Shown one piece after another: positions 1 through 46,175 of a stretch of DNA of 64,000 nucleotides (its first letter is position 1; each line of letters begins with the position of its first letter). The translations under genes were made by a program, and so were the position numbers. Source of the stretch: the human T2T-CHM13v2.0 reference genome, Homo sapiens; the NCBI RefSeq assembly GCF_009914755.1, contig NC_060943.1; one strand, written 5' to 3'. Under the pieces are notes generated by a model. The model saw nothing but the letters and a program-made list of their open reading frames with translations. It did not search any database and was not told the DNA's origin.

Positions 1-193
1 ATTCTCCTGCCTTTGCCTCCTGAGTAGCTGGAATTAAAGGCGCATGCCACCACGCCCGGCTAATTTTTGTATTTTTAGTAGGGATGGAGTTTCACCATGT
101 TGGTCAGGCGGGTCTCAAATTCCTGACCTCGTGATCCGCCTGCCTCTGCCTCCCAAAGTGCTGGGATGACAGGTGTGAGCCACCGCGCCGGGC
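1..193 (-). mobile_element. Alu (partial, window edge)
   Basis: Alu consensus, antisense. Confidence 0.95.
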
Positions 194-2289
194 CTCCTTG
201 GGGTTTCCTACGTTGACAGTTGTGTCGCCTGCAAACACGGAGCTTTGCCTTTTCCTTAGCAGTCCGTGTGCCTTTCCTCTCCCTTTCCCGTACCCTCGTG
301 CTGGCCGGCGCTGGCATTTCCCATGCCATGTGAGTCGTGAGGGCAAGACGGGTACCCTTCCCTGCCCTGGTCTTGGCGGTCAGCTGAGCCCCTGGCCGCG
401 GAGCACGGTGTTAGCGGCGGGCTCGTGTGGATGCTCTCCCTCGGGTGGAGGATAAGCCCGTGGTCCTGAGTGTGCAGCGTGCGCTTTTTCGTTGCTGCTT
501 CTAGTGTCAGCGCGGTGCTGTGGTTTCTGTTCCTCACCCCGTTGCTGTGATGGGTTTCCAGTGCTGAACGCGTCCGCCTTGGTCGGCGTGCGATTCTGTT
601 TATCCAAGGTGGGATTCTGCTGGCTGATGGGCCGCTGAGGGGTTTTCTGCCGTGGTGGGAGCCGTGGCCTGCGGTGCTTCCTTGCGGCCACGCCTGTCTG
701 GTTTGGTCTCTGGGTGGCGCTCCCTCGGCTTCTGTTCTGCTGTCTTTGACCAGGACTTGCGCATCCAGGGCTGTGGGCCCGGCTCTCCTTCCCTTTCTCA
801 TGGTGATTGTTCCCAAATGCTGTGCCCACAGTGGAAGCTGTGTGGTGTCCTGGGTTCTGGGTCCACTTGCACTCTGGCCGGAAGTTCCCACATGGGTTCC
901 TGGCTGTGGCAGGCGAGCCACACAGATCCCAGCACAGAGGATGGAAGCCCTCGCCATGGTTCCCAGCGATGGCCAGGAGGGCGCCATGGTGCCTTCCTCC
1001 GCGCGGTCTGGCTGGGCTGAGCCTTGCTCAGGAGAGGGGTGCTGTCGGGTGGTGGGGCTGCCGCAGCACTGCTCCCCCTTCTGCCTCATCTTGTCAGCGT
1101 CTGGGTCAGCACCCTGCCTCCTGGGGCCTGGGTCCATGACACGGCTGAGCAGCATGGTGTCTAGTGTGGCACAGGTGCTCCTGGCATGGAGCTGCGTTCG
1201 TGGTCTGGATTCCGTGCAGGTTTAGGTGCTCACGGTCAGGCCAGTGGCTCCTGAGATGTGTCTGGGAGCATGATTTGGGGGAAAGCGTGGCATTCTTCGT
1301 GGCTTTGGCAACACGTGTCAGAAAGAACCTGGTGGTGGGGAAAGCAGGTGTCAGTACCAGCCTCTGCCTCTGGCATCCGTCCTGTTTACAGCCAACCCTG
1401 CTGCGGAGGGTGGGTCAGAGAGGCTTCCACCTGACTGTTCCCTGCCCTTTCTGATGGAAACTTGCATCTGATATTGGAGGAAACCCTCGGAGCAACTCTC
1501 TGTGGCTTTGCCTGTGCTCCACTTGGGAGGCTCCAAGTCCTCCCGCCTGAGCAGTGTCACCAGGGAGGCTCCTAGAGACCCAGACCCCCGCTTCCTATGG
1601 GGCCGGCATTTCAGACTCCAGAGGGAAGCAGGGTTGCATATAAACCACGGTGTTTGCAGGAACAGCTTCGGCCCCAGAGCCCATCCTGTCATGGAGCGTG
1701 GGGGACCCCAGGGAGGGTTCCCAGCCCCAGGCCTGTGATGCGAGCCCGGATCTGCTTAGTGCTGCTCAGGACTTGGGATTTGAGTCATTTCCTGGGTGGC
1801 TTGTCCACGGGGAATGAGGGATGTTCAGAGGGTCTGTCAGGTGTGGAGAGGGAGGAGACGGGTGTGGGGGGTGGCCCAGCACCTGCAGAGGCTCAGGATG
1901 GCTCGCCTGCGCACCTCCCATCCCGTCTCCTCCCCTCCTGGGGGCTTCCCGCGGCCTTGGAGAGCGGAGGATGTGCAGCTGCTCCTGGCCGGGGCGGGTG
2001 GCCCTGCCCTCTGGATCTGCGTCTGGGTGGACGAGTGGCCCTGTCCTCCGGGCCCGGGGGGGTGTCCCTGTCTCTCTGGGGCTGAGTGGGTGGGCCACCC
2101 TGTTGCTTGGGGCGGCGGCTTGCTTGCGTTACCCTCTCTGCTCGGGGACTCCGTCCCCATCCTGAGAGACGCTGGGTGGGGCGCGAGGCCTGTGGCTGTT
2201 GTGTGGAAAGGAGTGTCGCTGGTCCTCCCTCGGCTCTTGGGGTGCTGGTGTGGGCTTCTGCTGTGGCCCAGGTGCCCTCACCCCCAACT

Positions 2290-2650
2290 ACTCCAGCCCC
2301 CAGCATGAATCCCCTTCCTGTCTCTGGATGGGCCTGTCCCGGACATTTCACAGAAACAGGATCACACACTGCGTGGCCCTCTGTGTCCGGCGTCTCTCAC
2401 TGAGCGTGGCGTCCTCAAGGTGCATCCGCGATGTGGCCTGGGTTGGAGCCTGGCTCCTGTTCTCATTGGGGTCCTGCTTCCAGGTGTGCGCGGCCTCGCT
2501 GTGCTGTGTTGATCTTTCATCTGCTGATGGACGCTTGGCTGCTTCCACCTTTTGGCTGTGATGAGTTGTGTTGGCTTTTGGAGGCATTTGTGTCCGGGCT
2601 TTTGTGTGGACATGTTTTTATTTCTCCTGGGAATGGAGGTGGTAGTGTTT
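2290..2650 (-). mobile_element. Ancient L1M 3'-end fragment
   Basis: Similar to recalled L1MB/MC 3'UTR core (TCTCACTGAGC..TCAAGGTGCATCC..TTCCACCTTTTGGCT..GTGGACATGTTTTTATTTCTC). Confidence 0.7.
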
Positions 2651-3447
2651 TTGAAGGATTTGAAAGGCGGTGTCTTGATTGTCCAGATGCTACCGTGTTG
2701 GACAGCTAGGTTAATAAGAGGTGTTTTCTCCTGGACGGTGCCAGGTCTTGAGGTCTGGAGGTGGACTGGCGTCGGGCTGCAGCTGGCCTTGCTGTGAGTG
2801 TGGCGTGGAGCTGTGGGGACAGCGCTGCTGTTAGCAGGCCGTCAGCGGTGCTCAGGGCAGACGCCCCCAGGGACTGGCGGCTCAGCTTCCCTGTGTGCGT
2901 GTTTCTTGTGGTTGGTGAGGGAGGGACAGAGCTCGGCGCTAGGCTTTCTCAGCCTGGCCGAGTGTCGCTGCCTGCCGCAGAGGGTGCCCCCCAGCGCCCT
3001 GTGGCCTCCCTCAGGCCCTGCCTGGAGCCCAGCATGGTGGGGACTGCAGGCCCTGCCTCGGGGCGCCCCTGCTGGCCGCCTCTGGTCCTGAGAGTGGCTG
3101 CAGCCCCTGATTTTGAGCTTACATTTCTAGGAGACTGCAGCGTGGCTTGCAGGTGTGTGTTGGTGTGGCCGCAGTCCCCTTGGCTGGGCCTGGCCTCCCC
3201 AAGCGGATGCTGGAGCACGAGGACCTGTCCCGGCTTCTCAGGAGGTCCTGCCCGTTCTCTGCGCATCCCTCTCACGGACCCTTCTGCCTGCAGCTCCCAG
3301 GGCTGCAGCCGGTGGGGCCTGGGCCTCCTCCTGCTCCTTCACTGCAAGCGGAGCTGTGTTCATTCCATTCTTTCTTCACAGGGGCTGGGCGGGCTGGGAG
3401 TGCCAGGGAGGCCGGGGGTCCGCGCTCACACCTGTTTTCCCTTTCAG

Positions 3448-33356
<29,909 letters not shown>

Positions 33357-36141
33357 GATTTCTACCTCAACCGCGAGACCTATGCAAGGACGGTGTGGAC
33401 CAACTCGCGCCCGCGGCATGGTGCCCGCCGGCCTGCCGGGCTCCCACCCCTGGACGGCAGAGGCAAGGACGGACGGGAGCTCCACTGTGAATCGGCGGCA
33501 CGCGCCGCAGGAGGCTGGGACTGGTCCAGTTTGTACTGTCGATAGTTTTAGATAAAGTATTTATCATTTTTTAAAAAGTATAAACAATTCTGACTTATTT
33601 TATTCCATCTAAGTGGTAAAAGGCAACTTATTGAGAAATATAAATATCTATATATGAGAGCTCTATATAAAGACACGTGTCTGCAGGGCGGGCCCGCCAG
33701 CGGATTCGCCACAGCCTGCCCCGGTGCTATCTCGTCCCCAGGCCCGCGCCTGCCTCCACCCGCTTGGTGCTGACTAGACGCTGACAACGCCGAACCCCGT
33801 TCTCGGAAACGCCGCCCGGCCGGCTCCCCCGACGCGCTGCTCCCGTACCAAAGGCAGGCCCGTCGCCACCACATTCCTCGGAGGCCTCCCCGCGGCCTGA
33901 GCCCCTTCCTGAGCGCCCTGGCGCCTGCCCTGAGCTCTTCACCTTTACCCCGGCACTGTGAACCCCCAGACTGTTCACCCTCCGGGGCGTGGGTTGCGCC
34001 CTTGCATGTGAAGGGGCCTGCGCGGTGACGCAGCTGGCCATGTGCTGCGCGATGGTGCTGTGAGGACGGCGCGGGCACGTTGAACAAGTGCATTTACTTT
34101 TGTATTTCTCGGCTGTCCATGGCTCGCAGCATGCCCTGCGATGCGGGGCAGGCCTGTCGTGGGTCCCTTGGTGTTTCTGTACAGGAGAGAGTCACACTAA
34201 TGAGTGGCAGTATTTTATAGAGATGTGATGAGAATTTATAAATTTCATAGATTTGACAGCTTTTATTTTTAGATGGTATAATGCACAGTGAAGAGGAAAG
34301 AAAAGCGAGGGGAAAAAACCTTATTTATTCAAACAGTGCACAAAATGGCCCCAGCGTCAGCCCCGACCCTAGACCCCTCAGTTGCAGCTCCCAGCAGCCC
34401 AGACAGAGCTGCCGGCGCCCCTGCCTGCCCCACATCCCTTCCTGTCAGGGCCACGCCTGGCACCCATCCCTTGGAGCCTGTGCTGGTTCTCCCAGCTGCT
34501 GTGGGTGTGCTGGGGCCAGGGTGCACTGCTGAAACCTGGCCTCTCTGGCCCTAGGCCCCAGGGTGACGTCGGCCCCCCACTCTGCAGCCTTGGCGGGTGC
34601 CTGGGACTGGGTGTGGAAGGAGAGGAGCTGAGGCCGGGGTGTAGCAGGCAGGCAGGGCCACTCCAGTGCTTCTGGAGCCCTGAGCAGTCAGGGCCTGGGT
34701 TGTCTGAGCAGTGGTGGCTCTGTGCCCTCCCTGGAGGATGGGATCTGGGAGTCTGAGCTCCCCGCATCTGGCCCTGGGCTGTGTGGCACTTGCTGAGCCC
34801 ACCTTCTCAAGTGCTTGCTCCTGTGAGATGGCATCGGGGAGCCCCTTCCCCAAGGTGCCACAGATCCACCCTCCAGGGAGCTGCCAGCCCTGTGTTCTGG
34901 TTCCCAAGGGCAGGATGGACACACGTCACATCCCTACCACGTGGCCTCCAAAGGGAGCCACGGAGGAAAGGCTTCTGTGGTTGCTAGGTGGGGGAGTCCT
35001 GTGTGGGAGGGCCTGAAGACCCCTGCTTGTGCCTGGTGAGGGGGGTGCTGCCTCCCCCAGCCCCCAACAACCTCTCAGACCCCCACCCTCCAACATAGCT
35101 GAGTTCTGAAGATGGTGCTCCGGACCTGTCCTCTTAAGTGGTGCCCAGTGCCCTCCCCACCCCACGTTGGTGCTCTCAGCTAGAAGGTGCTGTGCCTCTG
35201 CCTGAGCCCCAAGCCCCGAGCCTGGCCTTCAGGACAGGCAGCCTGCTCTGTGTCGCCACGGGCCGGATACGCCACAGGGTTGATGGCAGAGACGGCCGAG
35301 TCCCTGGTCTAGAACAAGACACATTCTTTAAACACTGTATTACTTCTGCCTCCCTCTAGGTGACAGTGGCAGTCCGGGTGCCATCACGGGTCCTGCAGAT
35401 GGCCATGCAGGGCTCCTGCCCACGCAGGCCACCGTATGTTCAGGACACGCACTGGGTCTCAGAGCCACTGGCCCAGGCAGAAGTCTCCTTGAGCCCACTG
35501 GGTCATATGCGTGTCACCACACGTGAACTAGTGTGGTGGCTGCCTGCGGACACCCTCCTGTTCTGAGCCCTGGGCCTGTGTTCTTCTCAGACACTCCCAG
35601 ACTGAGGGGTGGTGTGTGGCGGGTGGCAGGGTGGCTGTGGAGACTGGGGATCTGGAGCCTGGTGCTGGCACCTGGCCTGAGTTTCCGTGGGCAGCTGGCG
35701 GGGACCTGTGCTGCTGCTGCTGACTGTGGGTGGGCGGGCGGCGCCTGGGAGTGGCTCTTGCTCAGGAATTGATAGGAACCCTAAAAACTAGGATACCCCC
35801 TCCTCGGCCCATGAGGCACGCACAGTGACTTATTTAAGACTTCCCCCTTAATTTATCTGCCCCCAGGATGCGTCAGTCTGTTCAGTGGTCAGCAGGCCCC
35901 CCACCCCCCGCCGACTGCCCTCGCCATCGTGGTCAGACCCCCCTCCCAACACAACACGCTGCTGGTCTGTGTCAGCCTTTGTAACGTGGGAGGCTCTGCC
36001 GTGTCTTCCGGGTGAACTGTATTTGGATTGCGCGCATTGTCACGGTCCGCCCCTGGGCTGCAGGCGCCCCTTCCTCTGGGCACCCCTGCATTCTGCATCC
36101 CCACCTCTAGACGCTGTAATAAACAGACTGTTTTCACTCGG
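33357..36141 (+). other. DOT1L: DOT1L 3'UTR
   Basis: Runs from the stop TAG to AATAAA at 36118-36123, with AT-rich islands at about 33530-33670 and 34200-34340. The 3' end is approximate. Confidence 0.8.
36118..36123 (+). terminator. DOT1L polyadenylation signal AATAAA
   Basis: Canonical hexamer preceded by TGTA and followed by a T-rich tract. Confidence 0.85.
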
Positions 36142-36302
36142 ACCTGGTGTGAATGGCAGCCTTTCTTCCAGGTGGCATGAGGCGTCTCCTGGCGGCCAGT
36201 GAGAGGCCCCGGCTAGTGTGTCATCGCCGAAACGGGGAGTGGAGGGCCTAGGGGTGCTCCTAGCAGAAGCTCCGGGGGCTGACACCAGGACACCCTGGCC
36301 TT

Positions 36303-36371
36303 GGGGAGGCTTATGAGGGCACCAGGCCACAGGCAAGGGGAGGCTTATGAGGGCACCAGGCCACAGGCAAA
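36303..36371. repeat. Tandem duplication of about 33 bp
   Basis: GGGGAGGCTTATGAGGGCACCAGGCCACAGGCAA twice. Confidence 0.85.
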
Positions 36372-36733
36372 GTGCCTTTTGATGAACGGAAAACCAGATC
36401 TGCGACCCCAATGACATCGGCAAAGTCCTTTTCACATCAGATGGACCAAAGCCCGCCCAGGCCCCAGCCACACTCCGGGAGGGCCCGTGAATGCCAGAGG
36501 CAGGACCCCAGGTCACCACAGGATTCCTGATACCACACAGCAGCTCTGTTCTCCCCAGGCCTGGGTCCCAGCCTCCACCTGTCCTGGCTGGGGGTTCTAG
36601 CTCTCCCCTCAGTGCAGGAGGCCCAGCCACTGCCTCTCAGGACCCTGAGCCTTACTTCCCTTGGGTGGGGGCTCCCTGGCTGCCCCTCCCCTCTCCTTCA
36701 CTTCACCGCCATCCAGTGTGGAAAAGAGGTACC

Positions 36734-36739
36734 TTTATT
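36734..36739 (-). terminator. PLEKHJ1 polyadenylation signal AATAAA
   Basis: TTTATT on + strand, about 660 nt past the PLEKHJ1 stop. Confidence 0.75.
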
Positions 36740-37103
36740 TGAACAGAACAAGCACCCTGGCCCCAGGGCAACCACTTCCCCAGGTGCACAGCCAGGGCCC
36801 TCCTGTCTGCAGGAGAATTCACAGCTGGTGTGGGACTCAGCCCCTAGGCCATTCACAGCTTTGTCTGGCTCTGTACATTCATTCAGCACGGGGCAGGGGG
36901 GCCATGCCACCAGCCTGGGGGCTCACCAGGCCCCTGGATGCACACAACTCAGGCAGGGCACCTGTGGGAAGGCGCATATCCTGGCGGCAGCAGCACGTGG
37001 CACCAGGTGCCAGGCCAGTTAGGTGGATCCTGGGGCCCCAGGGAGCGCAGCTTGCTGGGCAGTTTCATAAAATGCAGCCCCTGCCCACACCCACCTGGCT
37101 TCA

Positions 37104-37346
<243 letters not shown>

Positions 37347-37403
37347 TCATGGCTGGGCAGGGCCAGTCCCGTCCCGCTGCACGCTGACCACCGTGCCCTG
37401 CGC

Positions 37404-39812
<2,409 letters not shown>

Positions 39813-40380
39813 GGCTCCGCGGGGAACGGGAACCCGGGCCGCGCCCTCCCGGCCGCCGTCCCCGCTCAGGCTGGGGCCGGCGCCAAAAATGTCTCAGGGC
39901 GCAGACACGGAAGCACCCCCAGGGCTAGTGCGCCTGCGCACCTTGGGCCAGCCATGCCGCCCGCCTCCGCTGCGTGGCGCTGGCGACCCGTGGCTGCTGG
40001 CGTGGGCGGGGTACCGGTTGGTAGGAGAGACGGACCGTTGTTACATAACCATTAAACTGAAATAAACCGGACCAAGGTGGAACAGAATCAAGGCACCCCA
40101 GCGATGGCTGGCACCCCTTTCTAGAGCGGCCAGGCGCAGGCGGAGGGAGCGATAACGTCGCCCGGAGAGTGTCAGCCGCTCCCTCGCGAAAGTTGGCCCC
40201 GTGCGGCCGCAGCGGACCGAGGGTTCGTTGAGAGCGTTGTGCGCACGCGCAGTTTGCCTTCCAGGCCGCGCTTTCAGCCTCTCCCCCTCCAGCCTTTTCC
40301 TTCGCGCCTCGGGACCCTCTGACTCACGCCGCTGGGCGGGCCAGGCATGCGCACACCAGAGGGCCCGTCTCATTTGCCCC

Positions 40381-40465
40381 GGAAGTGCTTTCTTTGCCCG
40401 CCGTTCGCCAAACGAAGTCGTGGAGGTGGCGAAACGAGGAGGAGATAACGCGGCCTTGGGCTCTG
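40381..40465 (+). other. SF3A2: SF3A2 non-coding exon 1 (start approximate)
   Basis: Starts near the ETS site and ends at donor CTG|gtgagg; would splice to the acceptor at 46945/46946 upstream of the ATG. Confidence 0.75.
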
Positions 40466-40699
40466 GTGAGGAGTAGAGGCGGTTGAGGGCGGCGGCCGAC
40501 GCGGACCGGGGGTTCCCTGGGGGACAGCGGACGTAGGAGAGAGGCGCTTGCGACAGGCCGCGGGCCGAGGGTGGGGCGGCGGCGTCGCTCCCCTCCCTCC
40601 TCCCGTGAGCGTCCGGCCTTGTGCATCCTGAGGCCCCGCGCTGGGCGGGCCTGGAGGGTCGGGCCCGCCAGGAACTCTATTTCCAAACTCCTGTTGGGA

Positions 40700-41513
<814 letters not shown>

Positions 41514-41587
41514 TCAATGGTCTAGTCCCAGGTCCCAGAGGCCACTTTTCCTCAATTCTTAAGCTCATTTCCCCTGGTCGTCATCGG

Positions 41588-41935
41588 TTTTTTGTTTGTT
41601 TTGAGACAGGGTCTTGCTCTGTCACCCAGGCTGGAGTGAGTGCAGTGGTGCAATCACAGCTTACTCCAGCCTCAAACTCCCATGCTCAAGCCATCCTCCT
41701 GCCTCAACCTCTCGAGTAGCTGGGATCACAGGTGCTCACCACCATGTCCGGCGAATTTTTGTATTTTTTGTAGAGACGAGGTTTCGCCATGTTGCCCAGG
41801 CTGGTCTCGAACTCCTGACCAGGTGATCCACCTGCCACGGCCTCCCAAAGTGGTAGGATTACAGGCATGAGCCACTGCACCCGGCTAATTTTTGTATTTT
41901 TTGTAGAGATGGGGTTTTACCAGGTTGGCCAGGCT
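41588..41935 (-). mobile_element. Alu
   Basis: Alu consensus. Confidence 0.92.
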
Positions 41936-41939
41936 GTCC

Positions 41940-44300
41940 CCTGATCTTTACCTTAGTAAGTAACAGATTTCTTCATGGATTTATCAATTTGTAGACATCA
42001 TCTGCTGATTTCTTGTCACGGCTGTTGAGATCTTCTCCCTCCCATCCACCCACTGCACCTTCACCTTCCATATCCTGAATGAGTTTATGTCATGAGCATA
42101 GTTGGTCATTGGTTGTGTTTTCTAAATAAGATGCAAAATATTGTTGGCTGCTAAAACAAGTAATATGTTCAGCTAGGCTTTTCTTGTACCATTCTATCTT
42201 CCCTTAAAGCTAATTAACTTTGTTTTTACCATTAGCCTGATTTTCTTTTACCTGCTGTTTGTTTTTTCCCCACAAAGCTCCCACCTCTCACACACCTATC
42301 AGTTGTATTTTGCATAGGTTTAAATAAATTGATCTCCCCTCACCACTTCCCTCCAAGACCCCCTTATCCTCCTCCTCCAAATGGGACTGGTTGTGCTCTG
42401 ACCTGGAAGTGGAGCTGTTGTCCCAAACCTTCCTGTCCTTGCTCCCCTGTGCTGACCTCTGTTTCCAGTGTGGTCATCTCTTTCCCTTCATGCTGTCCGA
42501 GCAAAACTTCTGGGAGCTTTTGAAGAAACAGATGATTTTTTTCGGGGGGTGGGGGAAGTCCTTGATTGTCTGAAAACGAGTTTATTTACCCTCATAGTTA
42601 GAAGTTTGGTGGGGTATAAAAATCTAGATTGAAAATCTGTATTTGTAGGCCGGGCGTGGTGGCTCACGCCTGTAATCCCAGCACTTTGGGAGGCTGAGGC
42701 GGGCGGATGACCTGAGTTTGGGAGTTTGAGACCAGCCTCGCCAACCTGGCGAAATCCCATCTCCACTAAAAATATAAAAATTTGCCAGGCGTTTTGGCAT
42801 GTGCCTGTAATCTCAGCTACTCGGGAGGCTAAGGCAGGAGAATGGCTTGAACCTGGGAGGTGGAGGTTGCAGTGAGCCAAGATCGAGCTACTGCCTGGGC
42901 GACAGAGCGAGAATCCGTCTCAAAAAAAAAAAAAAAAAAGAGAGAGAAAAAAATCTGTATTTGCTCAGAACTGTGAAAGCATTGTTTTCAGTGCTGTTCT
43001 CAAAAGATCAGTTCCTATGCTGGTTTCTGATGTTTTCTGCTCAGTTGTCTTTCTGTCTAGTAGAAGCTTAACATCTTCCTTGGTGTCGTAAAATTTCCTG
43101 ATTTCCTCATTTACCGGGGATCTTTTTATTTGCTGATCCTGGTGGGTGCTTGGTATCTGGACAGTTTGGTTCCTTTAGTCCTGGGTTTTGTTTTTGTTTT
43201 TAATTTTCTTGCTAATGTTCTTATGTTATTTCTGTGATAATATTTTTCCTGTTTTATTTTGTTGGGTGTTTTTTCAGTTCTCACTCTGGAATGTCCTCTA
43301 GGTTCTTGCTTTTCCTCCTGTTTTTTTAACTTTTGACTTTCCTTTATGAAAGATTTGTTTGGCTCAGCTTCCAACTCTGGTATGGAATTTTTTGTTTGGA
43401 TCGTCCTGTCTGTATTTTTCAAGGGCTTTTTGTTTTAATTCAGCTTGTCATTCAGCTTCCTGTTCTGGGTTTGTGGTGCAGTGGCTTCCCCCGATAATGA
43501 AGGAGGGTGTCAGCGATCTCTTACTGGGATACCCATCAGTCTCTTTGTTCTCGGATGCGTGTGTTTCTCTTTAAGAACAAAGCGGCCGGCAGCTCTGTGT
43601 GAGCGCCACTTCTCATCCAGGGAGGTCAACTGCCCAGTGGCCTGGCAAGGAGCGGGCCTTTTCTTTGAGGTGTGGGGACCCTGAATGTCAGTATTTGAGA
43701 ACTCTTCCTCTGGCGCTGTTTCCCCGGAAAAGACTCCTGGCCTCCCCCGGGGTGGGGGGCGTCCGTGCTGGGCCGCCTGCCACCTGAGCTGTGCGGAGGA
43801 ACCGCCAGACTTCCCGCTGCCCAGGCGGCAGGTCGTGATTCAGTCCCCCCTTTTCAGCCTGACCCTGGACCCCCTTGCTCTGCTGGGCCTGTCTCTCTAA
43901 CTCTAGAGGCCCTTTTATACCAGTTCTTCTGGGAATAAAGTTCTGATCTCCTCGAGGGTTGTGGGCGATCGGAGCGTGGGACCTTCCCCGGGGTGCCGCC
44001 CCATTTCAGCTGCTGAGGAGGGACAGTGTGGGTGTTCGGTGGCTGCGATGGCTTGGGTTCGGATGGTTTCTGGTTTTCGGATCAGAGCTTTACTTGGTGA
44101 GTGGTTGAGTATTGGTCTGGGTTTAGGTTTCAGTGGGCCAGACTCCACAGGTGCTCCCTGTGACAGCTGGAGCTTGTGTCCTGAGCCAGCCACTGGCCGC
44201 TGGGGCGTTCTGTCTGGCCAGTTTTAAGAAGTAACTTGGCTTGCCCTAGATGGATTTGAACTCTTGGCTTTGTTAGCATTTTGCCATCTAAGTTCCTTCT
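41940..44300. mobile_element. Degenerate old LINE-1-like AT-rich region with an inserted Alu
   Basis: T-rich composition atypical of the isochore; subfamily not determined. Confidence 0.45.
42648..42945 (+). mobile_element. AluS-like element
   Basis: TSD AAAATCTGTATTTG. Confidence 0.94.
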
Positions 44301-45628
44301 CCAAGTCCTCCCAGCCATCGTGTCATTAGAACGTTCTGGAAATGTCACTAAAATGTGCCCGGAAATAAGTGCATCAAGATAGATTGGTGGCTCTTGGTGT
44401 GGCCATCTGCACCTGTCCTGGCCCCAGAAGCTGTGCTGCCTCTTCCGCATGGAGGAGCAAAGCGCAGGTCGCTCCTGAGGCTGAGCTCCGCTCCTCCTGG
44501 GCCCTGGGTCCTCCGCAGACACGTCCCACCCACTGCTCTTCTCTCTGCCAGAAGCTGCCGGCCATGAGGACGCATGGGTGGGCGCTGTGGAGAGTGCAGG
44601 CTTGGGGGTAGAGACCAGTGATGGCTCTGCAGAGCTTAGCCTCAGAGTAGGGGCGTGGTCCAGGAGAGGCCACGACAGGGACAAGCAGGGCGTTCGCATG
44701 CTGTTGAATTCCTTCATGACGAAAGGAGCAGGTCGTCCTCCCGGGAGAGGGGAGCGCTTGATGACGCCCCGAGATCTGTGTGTGGGAGTGCCTCTCAGCA
44801 CCAGGCCCCTCCTGGGTTCTTGGAGTGCATCCGTGAAAGAAGGCCGATTCCCTGCCTTCTCACACGTTCCCCCGAGCGAGGGCTTGGTTCGTTGCTGAGA
44901 TGCGTGGAGGACTGTGGTTTCTGTGATGTGTGGAGAGGCAAGTGCGGCTGCGGCCTGGTGGGAGGCTGCTCGCTGGGCTCCCCACGCACGTCCCCTGATG
45001 TGAGTTTCATGTCACTTGACCAGGAAATGCTTGAATGTCCTCCAGAGAAAAATGAGGCACTTCATGAACCTGTCCGGGCGGCACCCACACAATCCTGCCC
45101 GCCTGTGGGCCGTCCGGAGACAGAACCTCCCAGGCAGCTGTAAGCTGTTGTGGCAGCAGGGACTGTAGGAGTTGGCGTGGCCTGCAGCTGACGGCGCCAG
45201 CATGGAGAGGGTGCAGTTCTCCCTGGTCCTGAAGAATGTGTGGCCAAGAAGCCCGAGGCGGGGAGGGTTCCTTGGGGCCAGAGGGTGGCGTTCCCAGCAA
45301 AGGACAGTCCTTCTGGTGTCACAGTCTCCTTTTTCACACTGGAATGTTCTTTGTTTTGTGAAGGGATGGCGATGGTCACAGTGGTGGTTTCTCGAAGTTT
45401 ACGTGACAACATGTAAAAATGGGCATCTCTAGGTGGGCTTTTGTGACATCTGAACTTCTGATGGGGCAGCCGTGATACTGCAGTGAGCTGGGAGGTCCAC
45501 CTCACCAGTTACCATGCTTGATCATTTTCATAAACTTGCCCAGGGAATAAAAACTGGTTGGGGAGGGCTCCTGGGCCCCCATAGAGTAAGGGGTGACTTC
45601 AGGCCCCACCACAAGTCAGCAGTACAGC

Positions 45629-45797
45629 TGGCCTGTCCCTCAGCATGCCCCTGCACACCTGCGGCCACTGTGGCCTGTCCCTCAGCGTGCCCCTGCACAC
45701 CTGCCGCCACTGTGGCCTGTCCCTCAGCGTGCCCCTGCACACCTGCGGCCACTGTGCCCTGTCCCTCAGCGTGCCCCTGCACACCTGCAGACACTGT
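45629..45797. repeat. 42-bp tandem repeat, 4 copies, SF3A2 intron 1
   Basis: TGGCCTGTCCCTCAGCGTGCCCCTGCACACCTGCGGCCACTG at 45629, 45671, 45713, 45755. Confidence 0.95.
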
Positions 45798-45837
45798 GAC
45801 ACATCACTGCAGACGCAGTAGTTCAGATGACACGGCT

Positions 45838-46175
45838 GTATCAGCTTCTGGTTCTGGGGTCAGAGTCCAAACAGTCCACAGGGCTCCATTCCTTCTGGAG
45901 GCTCTGGGGGACAACTCGTTTCCTGCCTTTCCCAGTGTCCAGAGGCACCTGTGTCCCTTGCCTCGGGGCCCCTTCCTCCCCATTCACAGCCACAGCGCAG
46001 CCTCTCTGACTCTCAGCCTCCCGCCTCCTCTCATGAGGTCACCCAGGATCACCTGCCATTTTAAGATCCTCAAGCCCACCTGCACATCCCTTTTCTGCCA
46101 TGAGGGGACATGTTCACAGGTCCCAGGGATTAGGATGTGGACATCTTTTGGGGGCAGTGATTCACTCAGTCTCAT
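45838..46175 (-). mobile_element. MLT1-type MaLR LTR fragment
   Basis: TCCTTCTGGAGGCTCT and ACAGGTCCCAGGGATTAGGATGTGGACATCTTTTGGGGG motifs. Confidence 0.75.
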
